From: Nitrospirota bacterium
GTDB lineage: Bacteria > Nitrospirota > UBA9217
Direction of reading: 5' to 3'
Length of the DNA stretch: 64,000 bases
Assembly (NCBI GenBank): GCA_963818475.1
Contig: CAWFSF010000006.1
Coordinates: 736,001 to 800,000 of the forward strand
Shown here: positions 10,227 through 20,245 of the stretch, piece after piece
How positions within the stretch are numbered: position 1 is the first letter of the stretch
How the letters are laid out: each line of letters opens with the position of its first letter
The notes under the pieces: generated by a model
Database searches by the model: none
What the model was told of the DNA's origin: nothing
The model's input: the letters and a program-made list of their open reading frames with translations, nothing else
Program-made: the position numbers and the translations under genes

Positions 10227-10263
10227 GAAGGAACCTAAGCGCCGAGACGTGCCTGTCGGTTAT

Positions 10264-10350
10264 TCCCCATGGCACACATGCGCTCCTTGTCACCTTTCTT
10301 GCGTGCTCTAATCCTTACCCCAACCCCGCACGTCCCTGGAGCGGACCTAA
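10264..10350 (+). repeat. Internally deleted copy of the repeat at 13159-13420
   Basis: Shares CCCATGGCAC..ATGCGCTCCTTGT..CACCTTTCTTGCGTGC and AACCCCGCA..TCCC.GGAGCGG blocks. Confidence 0.7.
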
Positions 10351-10474
10351 CACCTAGACAAGTTAACGACCCACATTAAAGTCTGAAGAAACCCTATTCT
10401 TACCTGCTATACTATTTATTATCCACATGATCCTGTTGGATCACACAGGACGAATACCTTCGTAGGAAATTACC

Positions 10475-11848
10475 ATGGACACACTTGTTCTCTCACGAAT
10501 TCAGTTTGCCGTCACGACCTTATTCCACATCCTTTTTCCTACCTTAACGATGGGGCTCTCGGTGTATCTTGTGGCAGTTGAGTCCCTGTGGCTCTGGACA
10601 AAGGACGAGCGCTATTACCGCATGTATCGTTTCTGGGTGAAGTTCTTTTCCCTCAATTTCGCGGTGGGAATCGTCACCGGCATTGTACTGGAGTTTGAAT
10701 TCGGCACGAACTTTTCCGGCTTTTCCCAAAGGGTGAGCAACGTCTTGTCCCCTCTTCTGTCTTTCGAAGTCATGACCGCCTTTTTTCTGGAGTCGGGTTT
10801 TCTCGGCATCATGCTGTTCGGATGGAACAAAGTGTCCCGCCAGATGCATTTTCTGGCCACCTGTCTGGTGGCAGTGGGAACCATTTTGTCGGCTTTCTGG
10901 ATCCTGGCTGCAAACTCCTGGATGCAAACCCCGGCGGGCTACAGCCTTGTGGACGGAACGTTCATGCTCACCGATTTCACTGCGGCCCTTCTTAACCCTT
11001 CCGCACTGGTGCGCATTACTCATATGACCGTGGCGGCACTCGAGACCTCTGTTTTCGTCGTTGCCGGGGTCAGCTCATACTTTCTCCTGAAAGGGAAACA
11101 GCGTGCTCTTTTCAGACCTTCATTAGGGATCGCCCTGGTGATGGCCGCCCTGTTTGCCCCGCTTCAGGTATTTGTGGGAGATCAGAGCGGCCAGCACGTG
11201 GTCCGCTATCAGCCTGCCAAAGCCGCCGCCATCGAGGCCCATTGGGAGACAAACACGAACGAAGGGGCGCCTTTTTCCCTGGTCGCTCTTCCCGACATGC
11301 AGGCGGAGAGGAATGTCTTCGACCTATCCATACCGAACGGCCTCAGCCTGCTGGCAACTCACACGCTTCATGGCCGGGTGACGGGACTCAAGGAATTTCC
11401 GCCGGAAAACCGTCCGAACGTCCTCGTTCTGTTCTGGACCTTTCGGGTCATGATCGCAATCGGATTTATTTTTCTCCTGGTCATGGCATGGGCGTTCCTC
11501 CTCTGGAGAAAGGGAAAGCTGTATGAGTACCGGCCGTTTCTCTGGACCTTGCTGATCATTCACCCCCTCGGTTTTATCGCGGTCGAGACCGGATGGATAA
11601 CTACCGAGATGGGCCGCCAGCCCTGGCTGGTCTACAATCTGATGCGAACAGCCGAAGGCATCTCTCCCATTCAGGCGGGCAATGTTGTCTGGTCGCTCGG
11701 TCTGTTTCTGCTCATCTTTGCGGCAATTGGTTTGACCTATTCATTTTATATCATGAAGATGATAGGACAGGGTCCGGATGTGTCCAGCCCGATCCCTGAT
11801 GTTCAACGTCCGGCTGGAATGCGTCCGCTCAAGGACGATCGGGAGTAA
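10475..11848 (+). CDS. cydA: Cytochrome bd ubiquinol oxidase subunit I
   Basis: LSRIQFA..FHILF; EFEFGTN; NSWMQTPAG; QPAKAAAIE; EMGRQPW. Confidence 0.95.
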   Translation: MDTLVLSRIQFAVTTLFHILFPTLTMGLSVYLVAVESLWLWTKDERYYRMYRFWVKFFSLNFAVGIVTGIVLEFEFGTNFSGFSQRVSNVLSPLLSFEVMTAFFLESGFLGIMLFGWNKVSRQMHFLATCLVAVGTILSAFWILAANSWMQTPAGYSLVDGTFMLTDFTAALLNPSALVRITHMTVAALETSVFVVAGVSSYFLLKGKQRALFRPSLGIALVMAALFAPLQVFVGDQSGQHVVRYQPAKAAAIEAHWETNTNEGAPFSLVALPDMQAERNVFDLSIPNGLSLLATHTLHGRVTGLKEFPPENRPNVLVLFWTFRVMIAIGFIFLLVMAWAFLLWRKGKLYEYRPFLWTLLIIHPLGFIAVETGWITTEMGRQPWLVYNLMRTAEGISPIQAGNVVWSLGLFLLIFAAIGLTYSFYIMKMIGQGPDVSSPIPDVQRPAGMRPLKDDRE

Positions 11849-11887
11849 TTGTCGTGTCAAATTCTTCTCAAAATGGAAAGAATAATT

Positions 11888-11992
11888 TCTCGCAGAGGCG
11901 CAGAGCTCGCAGAGGAAAGCTTAAAACATCTTGGGTTAAAACCACGGCATAGGTTTTGCTTTAACTCTGCGGCCTCTGCGAGCTCTGCGAGA
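11888..11992. repeat. Nonamer palindromic element between cydA and cydB
   Basis: CGCAGAGGCGCAGAGCTCGCAGAG...CTCTGCGGCCTCTGCGAGCTCTGCG. Confidence 0.8.
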
Positions 11993-12039
11993 GACGATAT
12001 TTTGTTCCGGTTTGTTCGAACAACAACGGGGTACATTAC

Positions 12040-13036
12040 GTGGACATTATTCACATCTGGATCGCCCTTCTTGGCCTGGCCGTCATCCTCTATGTGGTAC
12101 TGGACGGTTTCGGTCTCGGAATAGCGCTCCTGTTCCCCTTCACTCCTGATGAGAAAGAGCGTGATCTGTTGATAAGCAGCATCGCGCCGGTCTGGGACGC
12201 GAACCAGACATGGCTCGTCTTCGGCGGAGCGTCCCTCTTTGTCGCCTTTCCTCTGATGTACGGCGTCCTTTTGAGCGCTCTGTATATCCCGATCGTCACC
12301 TTGCTCTACGGCCTGATCTTCCGCGGTGTGTTCTTCGAATTCCGGGCCAATGCAACACGGAAAAGGTTGTGGGACAGGATCGTTCTTCGTGGGAAGCCTC
12401 GCTGCGGTGGTCGCCCAGGGCTTGACGCTCGGCGGCATTCTCTCCGGGACGAGGATCGTCGGCAGCCATTTTGCGGGCAATTCTTTCGACTGGCTGAACC
12501 CCTTTTCAATAGCCATGGCCGTGGGATTGACCGCCGGCTATGTCCTCCTCGCCTCCACCTATCTCATCATCAAGACAACAGAGACAGTGCAAGAGCGGGC
12601 TTATGGCCTGGCCTTCCGTTCGGCATTGGTCGTTCTTTTTTTCCAGGTTCTCATGGTCGTCTGGACACCCTTTTATTACCCCCAGGCACTGACCAATTGG
12701 CTGAGTCCACCCAGGATCTATTTCGTCTGGATCTTCCCGGTGCTCGGCCTGCTGGCTTTCTATGGGATCATCAAAAGCCTGAGAACCAAGCGCGAGATCA
12801 TGCCGTTCGTATCCAGTGTCATTTTCTTTTTCGCCGGGTACCTGGGCCTCTTCAGTTCGATGTACCCCTATGCCGTTCCGCCCAGCATCACCTTTCATGA
12901 CGCAGCAGCACAGCGGGAAACACTTCGAATCACCCTCTGGGGAGCGGCCATAATTTTACCGGTTGTTCTCGGATACACGATCTATAGTTATTCGGTTTTC
13001 AGGGGCAAGGTAGGCAAGGAAGGGTATTATCACTGA
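12040..13036 (+). CDS. cydB: Cytochrome bd oxidase subunit II (frameshift near 12380)
   Basis: YVVLDGFGLG; PVWDANQTWLV; YSVFRGKV. Confidence 0.9.
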
Positions 13037-13158
13037 TTTCCCCAGCGAAACAGGGTAGCCGGTCTTGAAGCAATGCCGGCAGCAAAAGCTGCAGGGTCAC
13101 CCATTTATTGCAGCCGCACGCGTGAGCGGGTTGCTCCTTAATCTGTTATCTCCCATCT

Positions 13159-13420
13159 TCCCCATGGCACATGCGCTCCTTGTGCTCTTTGTCACCTTTC
13201 TTGCGTGCCCAAGAAAGGTGACCCAAAGAAGGGCACCCGGCGAATATTCTTAACGCCATGCTCGGTCGTCCTCAGTACATTTCGGAAACTCGCCCTGCGG
13301 GCTCAGACAGTCCGAAATGCTTCACCCTCGGACTCGGTCGCCCGGCTAAATTTTCGCATGGGGAACTGCTGTGAGGGTCTGACTCACCCAAACCCCGCAT
13401 ATTCCCGGAGCGGCCCTATG
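13159..13420 (+). repeat. Structured intergenic repeat (TTCTTGCGTGCCCAAGAAAGGTGAC type)
   Basis: GTCACCTTTCTTG...CAAGAAAGGTGAC hairpin; partial copy at 10264. Confidence 0.65.
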
Positions 13421-13562
13421 AATTTCTTGGGCACCCGTCTTGGCCTAGGTAGCGTCCCGCAGGGCGAACGCGCATGTCTGAGGCCGCAGGCCGAGTTTGC
13501 GCGAACGAGCGGACGTGGTCTTAATGGCTCGGTAGTATAATATATACAGATGGAGAACGAAC

Positions 13563-13931
13563 ATGTCAAAATTACACGACCCGAGAGTGTTATTCGCAGC
13601 CGAGCGGACATTATTGGCCTGGAATCGAACGAGCATATCGATCATGGCCTTTGGTTTTGTCATAGAGCGCTTTGGCCTCTTTCTGCAGATCACCGGCAGG
13701 GAAGAGTCTAAGCTATTCCACCGTCACCTCTCTTTCTTTGTTGGTGAGTCCTTTATGCTGCTGGCATCATTACTGGCCATTTACTCGATAGTTCAGCACA
13801 AGAAGATACTGCGGTCCATCAACGTCGATGACGTACCTGCTGGTTATAACCTTTCCATGGGAATGATCGCGAATGGAATTATCGGATTCCTGGGGATACT
13901 ATTAAGTGCCTATGTGTTCTGGGGTCTCTGA
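13563..13931 (+). CDS. YidH/DUF202 family membrane protein (Vtc1-like)
   Basis: DPRVLFAAERTLLAWNRTSISIMAFGFVIERFG; 3 TM segments. Confidence 0.9.
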   Translation: MSKLHDPRVLFAAERTLLAWNRTSISIMAFGFVIERFGLFLQITGREESKLFHRHLSFFVGESFMLLASLLAIYSIVQHKKILRSINVDDVPAGYNLSMGMIANGIIGFLGILLSAYVFWGL

Positions 13932-14200
13932 CTTAGGATCGCTCCGTGTCCTTGTTGGCAAATATATAACTCACGCGTTCCATATTTAAACACATCCTCA
14001 AATATTCAATCTTCATAATAATCCTCTCTGAAAAAACAAACCGCTACTGATTTAAAGCCCGAAAACAAAGGCCCATATCATCGTTTCGCCCCTGTTTCTC
14101 CACCCCTTATCCGCAGCCAACTGTTCACTACCGTTCATATCTGAAACGCGCAGCTTTCCACTCAAACCAACTTTACTTCAGCAAAACAATGACATACGTG

Positions 14201-14217
14201 TTGGCACTGCGAATGCA
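14201..14217 (+). promoter_or_regulatory. Sigma54 (-24/-12) promoter
   Basis: TTGGCACTGCGAATGCA is GG-N10-GC; IHF-like AT tract just upstream; long upstream intergenic region. Confidence 0.75.
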
Positions 14218-14258
14218 ATATAGTCAGCAACGCAGTGCACCTGCGAAGGAGGGTTTAT

Positions 14259-14813
14259 ATGGGAAAGAGACAGTTGCTGTTCGTCACTTACGGTGGAGAA
14301 AATCTGGAAGAAGGGGTTTCGTACGCCATTGAGCTGGCAAAGGCGATGTACGAGGACATTACGCTTCTCCTCGTTAAAAAGCCGACCAATCTCATGGACA
14401 AGCTCGGGGACCTGATGACGGCGGTCAGCTTTGCCGAAGCTGACGAGCACGAGACGGCGCGGGAGATCATGGCCGGCGATTCGCCGGAAAAGCAGGCTGC
14501 CTACGACGTGAAGCTCGCCGAGCTCATGGCCCGGTGCAAGCAGGAGGGGATCTCCGTGAACGTCCAGAGGACCGATCTGGATACGGTCTCGGGCATCCGG
14601 TCGTATCTCAAGAACAACAATGGCATCGACAAGGTCGTGCTCAGCCCGGTCATGACCGAGTCCGGGAATGTTACGTCCAAGGATCTGAACCGGCTGGTGC
14701 GCACTGCATCGCGTCCGATCGTGACCATGACGCGGCAGGCGGCGGCGTGGCGTAGGGAACAGAGTCAACGGCGTCTCTCGCAAAGGCGCAAAGGTCGCAA
14801 AGGGAATCCTTAA
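14259..14813 (+). CDS. USP-fold-like hypothetical protein (true stop may be the TAG at 14755)
   Basis: RQLLFV..EEGVSYAIELAK; LVRTASRPIVT; RBS GAAGGAGG. Confidence 0.7.
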   Translation: MGKRQLLFVTYGGENLEEGVSYAIELAKAMYEDITLLLVKKPTNLMDKLGDLMTAVSFAEADEHETAREIMAGDSPEKQAAYDVKLAELMARCKQEGISVNVQRTDLDTVSGIRSYLKNNNGIDKVVLSPVMTESGNVTSKDLNRLVRTASRPIVTMTRQAAAWRREQSQRRLSQRRKGRKGNP

Positions 14814-14961
14814 ATCTACATCTATTTATTTAAACCAAGGACGAGCTTTTCTTTGCGAGCATAACGTCTGTAAAAAATGAGAAGCTTCGGAGACAAAGAC
14901 AAACAAACAGCAACTCAAGGTTTACGCTCTTCTTGGCGCACTTTGCGCCTTTGCGAGAGAC
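14773..14961. repeat. Nonamer palindromic element
   Basis: CTCTCGCAAAGGCGCAAAG...CTTTGCGCCTTTGCGAGAG. Confidence 0.8.
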
Positions 14962-15009
14962 CGACCTGATCCGTTTTTATGAATTTAATCTGAAAAGGAG
15001 CTTACGTAC

Positions 15010-15936
15010 ATGTACCTGTATTTACCTGTAGCATTGACCAGCATCAACATCCTGATCCCCGTGGGGCTCGGGCTTGCCGTGGGCCTGCTTTCCGGCCTGT
15101 TCGGCGTGGGCGGCGGATTCCTTCTGACGCCGCTGCTTATCATGTTCGGCATACCGTCGACCGTTGCCGCGGCAACGGACTCCAACCAGATCGTGGCAGC
15201 GTCGACCTCGGGCACCTACGCGCACTGGAAGGTCGGGAACGTCGACTTCAAGATGGGGCTCTATCTCCTGGTCGGCGGCTTTGTCGGCGGCATTCTCGGC
15301 GTCCAGTTGATCAAACTGCTCCATGCCATGGGCAACGCCGATTTCGTGATCAAGATGACCTACATCCTTATGCTCGGCATCGTCGGCGTCTACATGTTCA
15401 TCGAGAGCCTCCAGAGCATGCGGAAGAAAAAGAACAGCTGTCGAAGAAGCGAAGGAAGAGAAAGAGTCCGCCGTGGGCAGGTTCCTGAAGTCTCTGCCGC
15501 TCCAGACCCGTTTTGAAAAGTCGGGCATCACCCATTCCATCTTCGTCCCGATCGTGCTCGGCGCGCTTCGTCGGCATCCTCGCGGCGATCATGGGCGTGG
15601 GCGGCGGGTTCCTCATGGTCCCGATCATGGTCTACATGCTCAGGATGCCGATGCACGTCGTGGTCGGCACGAGCCTGTTCCAGATCCTGTTCACCTGCAT
15701 CGAGGTCACGTTCCTGCAGGCCTACACCAACCACAGCGTGGACTTCATCCTTGCGGTGCTCCTGCTGCTGGGTTCGACCGTGGGCGCCCAGATCGGCGCT
15801 GTCCTTCGGCAAGAAACTCAAGGCAGAGCAGCTCAAGATCCTTCTCGCCACGATCGTGCTTGCCGTGACCGTGAAGATCGTTTTTGAGATGACGCTGACA
15901 CCGTCGTTACTTCTTTCCCAGGTTGGAGGACACTGA
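15010..15936 (+). CDS. Sulfite exporter TauE/SafE (TSUP) family protein (several frameshifts)
   Basis: Two GLFGVGGGF / MGVGGGF repeats; VVGTSLFQI. Confidence 0.9.
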
Positions 15937-16743
15937 TGAAACATTTTAGATTGCGGATTGCGGATTGCGGATTGGCGGTCATTACCGCTTTTGTATTCAT
16001 GATCACTTTTGGATTTGCCGCTCCGGCGTCGGCCATGCTGACGGCCAAGGCGAACCATGATCATATCACCATCGATTTCTTCTATCACGGAAGCACCGTG
16101 AGCGTAAAGGGCAATCTCGGAGCCGGGAACGGACCTGGTCATCAAGATAACCTCTCCTGAAGGCCATCAGCTCTTGAAGAAGAAGGGCAAGGTCGGGGGA
16201 ATGCTCTGGATGAACGTGGGACAGCTCAAGTTCGAGAACACGCCGAACTTCTACGAGGTCTTCAGCACGAAGAAGCTTGAGGACATCCTGAGCAAGGAAG
16301 AGATGGAAAAGAACGTGATCGGTTTCCCGGCTCTGGCGAAACACGTGGAGATCACGCCGGTCGCGAACGAGGAAGAGAAGGCCAAATGGTTCGATGAGTT
16401 CGTCAAGTTCAAGGAGGACTCCAAGGTGTATACCAGCTCGGACGGGAATATCACGACTAGCAAGAACGCCGAAGGCAAACAGGAATACTTTATCCTGACG
16501 GACTGGCCCTACCAGGCCCAGCCGGGCGATTATCTGGTGACGGTCTATGCAGTGAAGGACCATAAGGTCGTGGAGCAGGCCAACCTCGAAGGTGAACGTC
16601 GAGCAGGTCGGCATGGTCAAGATCGCTGGCAGGCATGGCCAAAGAACATGCCGGCAATGTACGGGTTCCTGTCCATCGGGGTCGCGCTGAGCGCCGGCTT
16701 CGGCGTGAGCATGGTGTTCAGAAAAGGCGGAGGCTCACACTGA
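15936..16743 (+). CDS. TIGR02186-family membrane protein (frameshifted)
   Basis: Signal peptide; ITIDFFYHG; KKGKVGGMLWMN; C-terminal TM; usual TauE partner. Confidence 0.8.
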
Positions 16744-17606
16744 TGTATAACTCCATTGTAGTCGGATATGACGAGTCGCTGTCGAGCAAGGCGGCGCTCA
16801 AGGAAGCGTCGCTCCGGATCAAGCGGACTGGGCGGGAAACTTATCCTCGTGCATTCGGTCTTTTTCGACCAGGAGGAGTTCGCCATACTGCCGGCGCAGA
16901 TGGAGAAGCGGTTCGAGTTCGGGACCCGCGTCTGTCTGGATGCAAAGAAGGACCTTCATGACGAGTTCGGTTTGAACGGAAGCGTGGATTCGCTCGTGTG
17001 TCAGGGCGAGCCGCCCGAGGTGCTTATCGATATCGCCCAGGAGAAGCAGGCGGACCTGATCGCGCTCGGCACCTACGGCAGAAAAGGGCTTAAGCGGCTG
17101 CTGATGGGCAGCGTGACGTCACAGGTGATCCTGAACTCGCCCTGCGACGTGCTCGTGGTTAAGAAGCCCTGCTCGAAATGCGCAGGCGCTTACCAGTCGC
17201 TCCTGGTGCCCTTTGACGGGTCGGAGACGAGCAAAAAAGCGCTGGTCCGGGCCTGCGAGCTGTCAAAGATCGACAATTCCGAGATCTCGGTCCTCTATGT
17301 GATCCCCCGGTACGAGGAGATGATGGATTTCTTCAAGACCGAGACCATCACCAAGAGCCTGTTCCAGGAAGCGGAAAAGATCATGGCCCAGGCGAAGGAG
17401 ATCGCTGCTCTGCAGAAGGTGCAGATCAAGGCGGTGGTCCAGGAAGGCCATGCGGCGAGAAGATCGTCGAGATCGCTGACACGTTCAAGAACGATCTGAT
17501 CGTCATGGGTACCCATGGCTGGCGGGGCATGAACAAGGCGCTCATGGGAAGCACGGCTGAGCGGATCATCGCAAATGCCTCGTGCCCGGTGTTGATCGTA
17601 AGATAG
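16743..17606 (+). CDS. Tandem universal stress protein (frameshifted)
   Basis: IVVGYDES; GTYGRKGLKRLLMGSV; second domain LVPFDGS...MGTHG..LMGSTAE. Confidence 0.9.
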
Positions 17607-17624
17607 GGCGACAGGCTAGCCTGT

Positions 17625-17768
17625 CGAATTGGAAATTGGGCGTAGCGACAGGAGACTGTCGAATTGGAAATTGAAGATTGGAAATTTAAGATTGGAAATT
17701 TAAGATTGGAAATTGAGCGGTGGATTTTCTAAATTTACAATATACAATTTCCAACTTCCAGTCTTCAA
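17625..17768. repeat. Heptamer tandem repeats in inverted arrangement
   Basis: (ATTGGAA/ATTTAAG)n...AATTTACAATATACAATTTCCAA. Confidence 0.8.
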
Positions 17769-17803
17769 TGGAGCGGAGCGACAAGAGAGCGGAGCGACAA
17801 GAC

Positions 17804-18226
17804 ATGAAAGGTTATCGAAAAGTTCTTATAGCATTGAACGGCCACAAGGAAGTGCTGACACAGGGCATCAAACTGGCGCAGGACGAAAAGACCTGGATCA
17901 CGGTCGTCAAGGTGGTGCAGCCTTTTGACGGCGACCTGAACCTGACGGGCATCAAGAACCTGGATGACGTGCTGGACGACGGCGGGAACGCGGCCCTTTC
18001 CGAGATCAGGAAAACCGCGGAGGCAGAGGGCGCCCTGATCAAGACGAGGCTGGAACAGGGTGACGTGCCGCAGCGGATCGTGGAGGTCGCTGAAGAGGAA
18101 CAGTGCGATCTCATCATCATGGGATCGAAGAAAAAGAAGGGCATCTTCAGCCGGCTGTTCGGCGATCACATCGTGGAAAAGGTCATTGACCGGGCTCCCT
18201 GTCCGGTGTACGTCGTCGGGATCTGA
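17804..18226 (+). CDS. Universal stress protein
   Basis: RKVLIALNG; DLIIMGS; KVIDRAPCPVYVV. Confidence 0.9.
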   Translation: MKGYRKVLIALNGHKEVLTQGIKLAQDEKTWITVVKVVQPFDGDLNLTGIKNLDDVLDDGGNAALSEIRKTAEAEGALIKTRLEQGDVPQRIVEVAEEEQCDLIIMGSKKKKGIFSRLFGDHIVEKVIDRAPCPVYVVGI

Positions 18227-18344
18227 AGAATCGGGTCCGGTCTGAGGGCGGCAGCAGGGGAACAGAAGAGCACGATACATGGTTGCGAACGCAACCGGTG
18301 CTCTGCTATCTGAAGACATCATAATAAGGGTATGACACATTCAG

Positions 18345-18378
18345 GAGGAGGCAGGCATCAGCGGCCTCCTCTTTTTTA
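18345..18378 (+). terminator. Rho-independent terminator
   Basis: GAGGAGGC...GCCTCCTC followed by TTTTTT. Confidence 0.7.
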
Positions 18379-18430
18379 TGAGCTTGACCGGGCAAAGCGA
18401 AGCTTAAAAGATCAAAAAGAACAAGACGTC

Positions 18431-18545
18431 GCTCGCAAAGTTCGCAAAAAAAGGCAATTCAAAGGACGCAGAGAAAGACAATATCATTTTGTCTTAAAAA
18501 AGCTGGATGTAAAGATTTCCTTTGCGCCCTTTGCGAGCTTTGCGA
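18431..18545. repeat. Nonamer palindromic element
   Basis: GCTCGCAAAGTTCGCAAA...TTTGCGCCCTTTGCGAGCTTTGCGA. Confidence 0.75.
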
Positions 18546-18586
18546 AAAAAATGTTTTTGTCGTTTTGTTTAGCTTTATGCGGAGAT

Positions 18587-20245
18587 ATGGACATGACAGT
18601 ACAGCATTCATACAACAGACTGGTAACGCGCGGTGTCATTTCCCGCACTGCACTGGACCGGCTTATAGCGGAGGCGTCAGGCATCAGGCGCTGCGCTGGA
18701 AGACCTGCTTTTAAGAGCTGGTGTGCCAAAGCATGAGATCCTCTTCTGCCTTGCCGAGCAGTATGACTGTCCTTTTGTGGAATATGACGAGGGCGTCATC
18801 GTTTCCCAGCAGATCGTCCGGCGCATGGACATGGAGCGGTTGAAGCACGCGTCTCTGGCTTCCGCTCTCCATCTCGAAGGAGAAAGCCGAGGTCATTGCC
18901 TGCTCTCCCGGTGATCCCGGGGTATTGGAGGATATCCGCAGCACGCTGGGCGCCGACGAGGTCGCGTTCAAAGTGGCCCTTCCTTCCGATCTCATAAGGA
19001 TCATCGAACACAATCAGGACCTGAATCCCGGTTTCCCTCCCGCAGCCGGCAGAACGCCGCTCGCAAAGGTGCGGACCTTTCTTGCCAATGCGCGCTCCCA
19101 GTTCGCCTGCTACCGCACCTCGCTGGCAAAGGGGAGGACCGGGCTGGCCTTCTTGCGCACCGGGATCTCGTTCGTAACGACCGCGCTTTTGCTGTTCCGC
19201 GTCTTCGGGATGGGCTATCTCACCATTCTTGAAGCTTTGCTGTTCGCTGCCGGCGTCGGGATGGCGGTAGACGGCCTGCGATGGTATCTGCCTGCGCGGG
19301 CGACGGGAAAGAGCCTGCCCGAGTGTGCTTCTCCGGAACCGACCAACGGCACGAGCGTGCTCGCAGCCGGCTTTAAAGGCGATACTCCCGAATTTCACCG
19401 GACAGCAGAGGTCCCTGGTGCCGACACCCTTCGGCAGGGCTGGAACCGGCTTTCACCCGTGATGCGGCGACGATTCCTGGCGAGCGACCGGACCGATCTT
19501 GCCGAGGAACGGACAACGCTGGCATGCTTTCGGACGCTCATGGCGCGGGCACGGACGGGTCTTTCTTTTACCCGCACCGGCATAACGTTTATCGGTCTGG
19601 GCGTGGCTCTGGCGAGGCAACTCCCCGCAGGACCCTGGAGCGTCGTCGATGCTCTGTTCATCCTGGCCGGTGCGGCCATGGTGGCTGAGGGGTTCTTCTG
19701 GTATGTCCCCGGCCGAAGCGCAGGAGCAAAAGGTTTCGATTCAGTGAAGCGTTCCGAGGAAAAACCGCGCATCTGGGACTTTGTGTTTCCTCCTGCCTTC
19801 GCGCTTACTGCCATGAAACAGACGGCAGCAGGCCCTTCCCCTGGTCAGAGGTTTTTCCGAGCCCGGAATCTGGGCCACGACCGGCCTTGCGCTCGAGCGC
19901 ACGCTTCTTGCCGAACGGCGCAACGTGATGGCACGGCTCCGGACGATCATGGCGCGTTCCAGGACCGGGATGGCGATCATCAGGACAGGTATGAGCATCT
20001 CGGCTGTGGGGCTGGGGCTCCTGGTCTACTTCGGCGCTGCGAGCACGCTCTGGACTCTGTTCGATGCAGCCCTGCTGTTGGTTGGCCTGCTGCTCATCGT
20101 TGACGGGATCTACTGGTATCTGCCTGCTGAACGGGCGAGACAGCAGCTTCCCTACTGTTACGGAGAAATGGAAATTGCCATCCCCGATTACGGCGTTCCG
20201 GCCCGCTCCTGGGGCAAGGCGGTGTTCAGTCATGATGACCTATAG
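18587..20245 (+). CDS. GspE-N/MshEN-like domain fused to three extended DUF202 membrane repeats (frameshifts near 18690, 18850 and 19845)
   Basis: LVTRGVIS...GVPKHEILFCLAEQYDCPFVEYD, then 3 x [(RTxLAxx)n plus 2 TM]. Confidence 0.75.

Noticed and set aside
17625-17768. Short repeat tracts as a CRISPR array
   Set aside because: These are 7-mer tandem units with no 25-45 bp repeats separated by unique spacers, and no cas genes are present.
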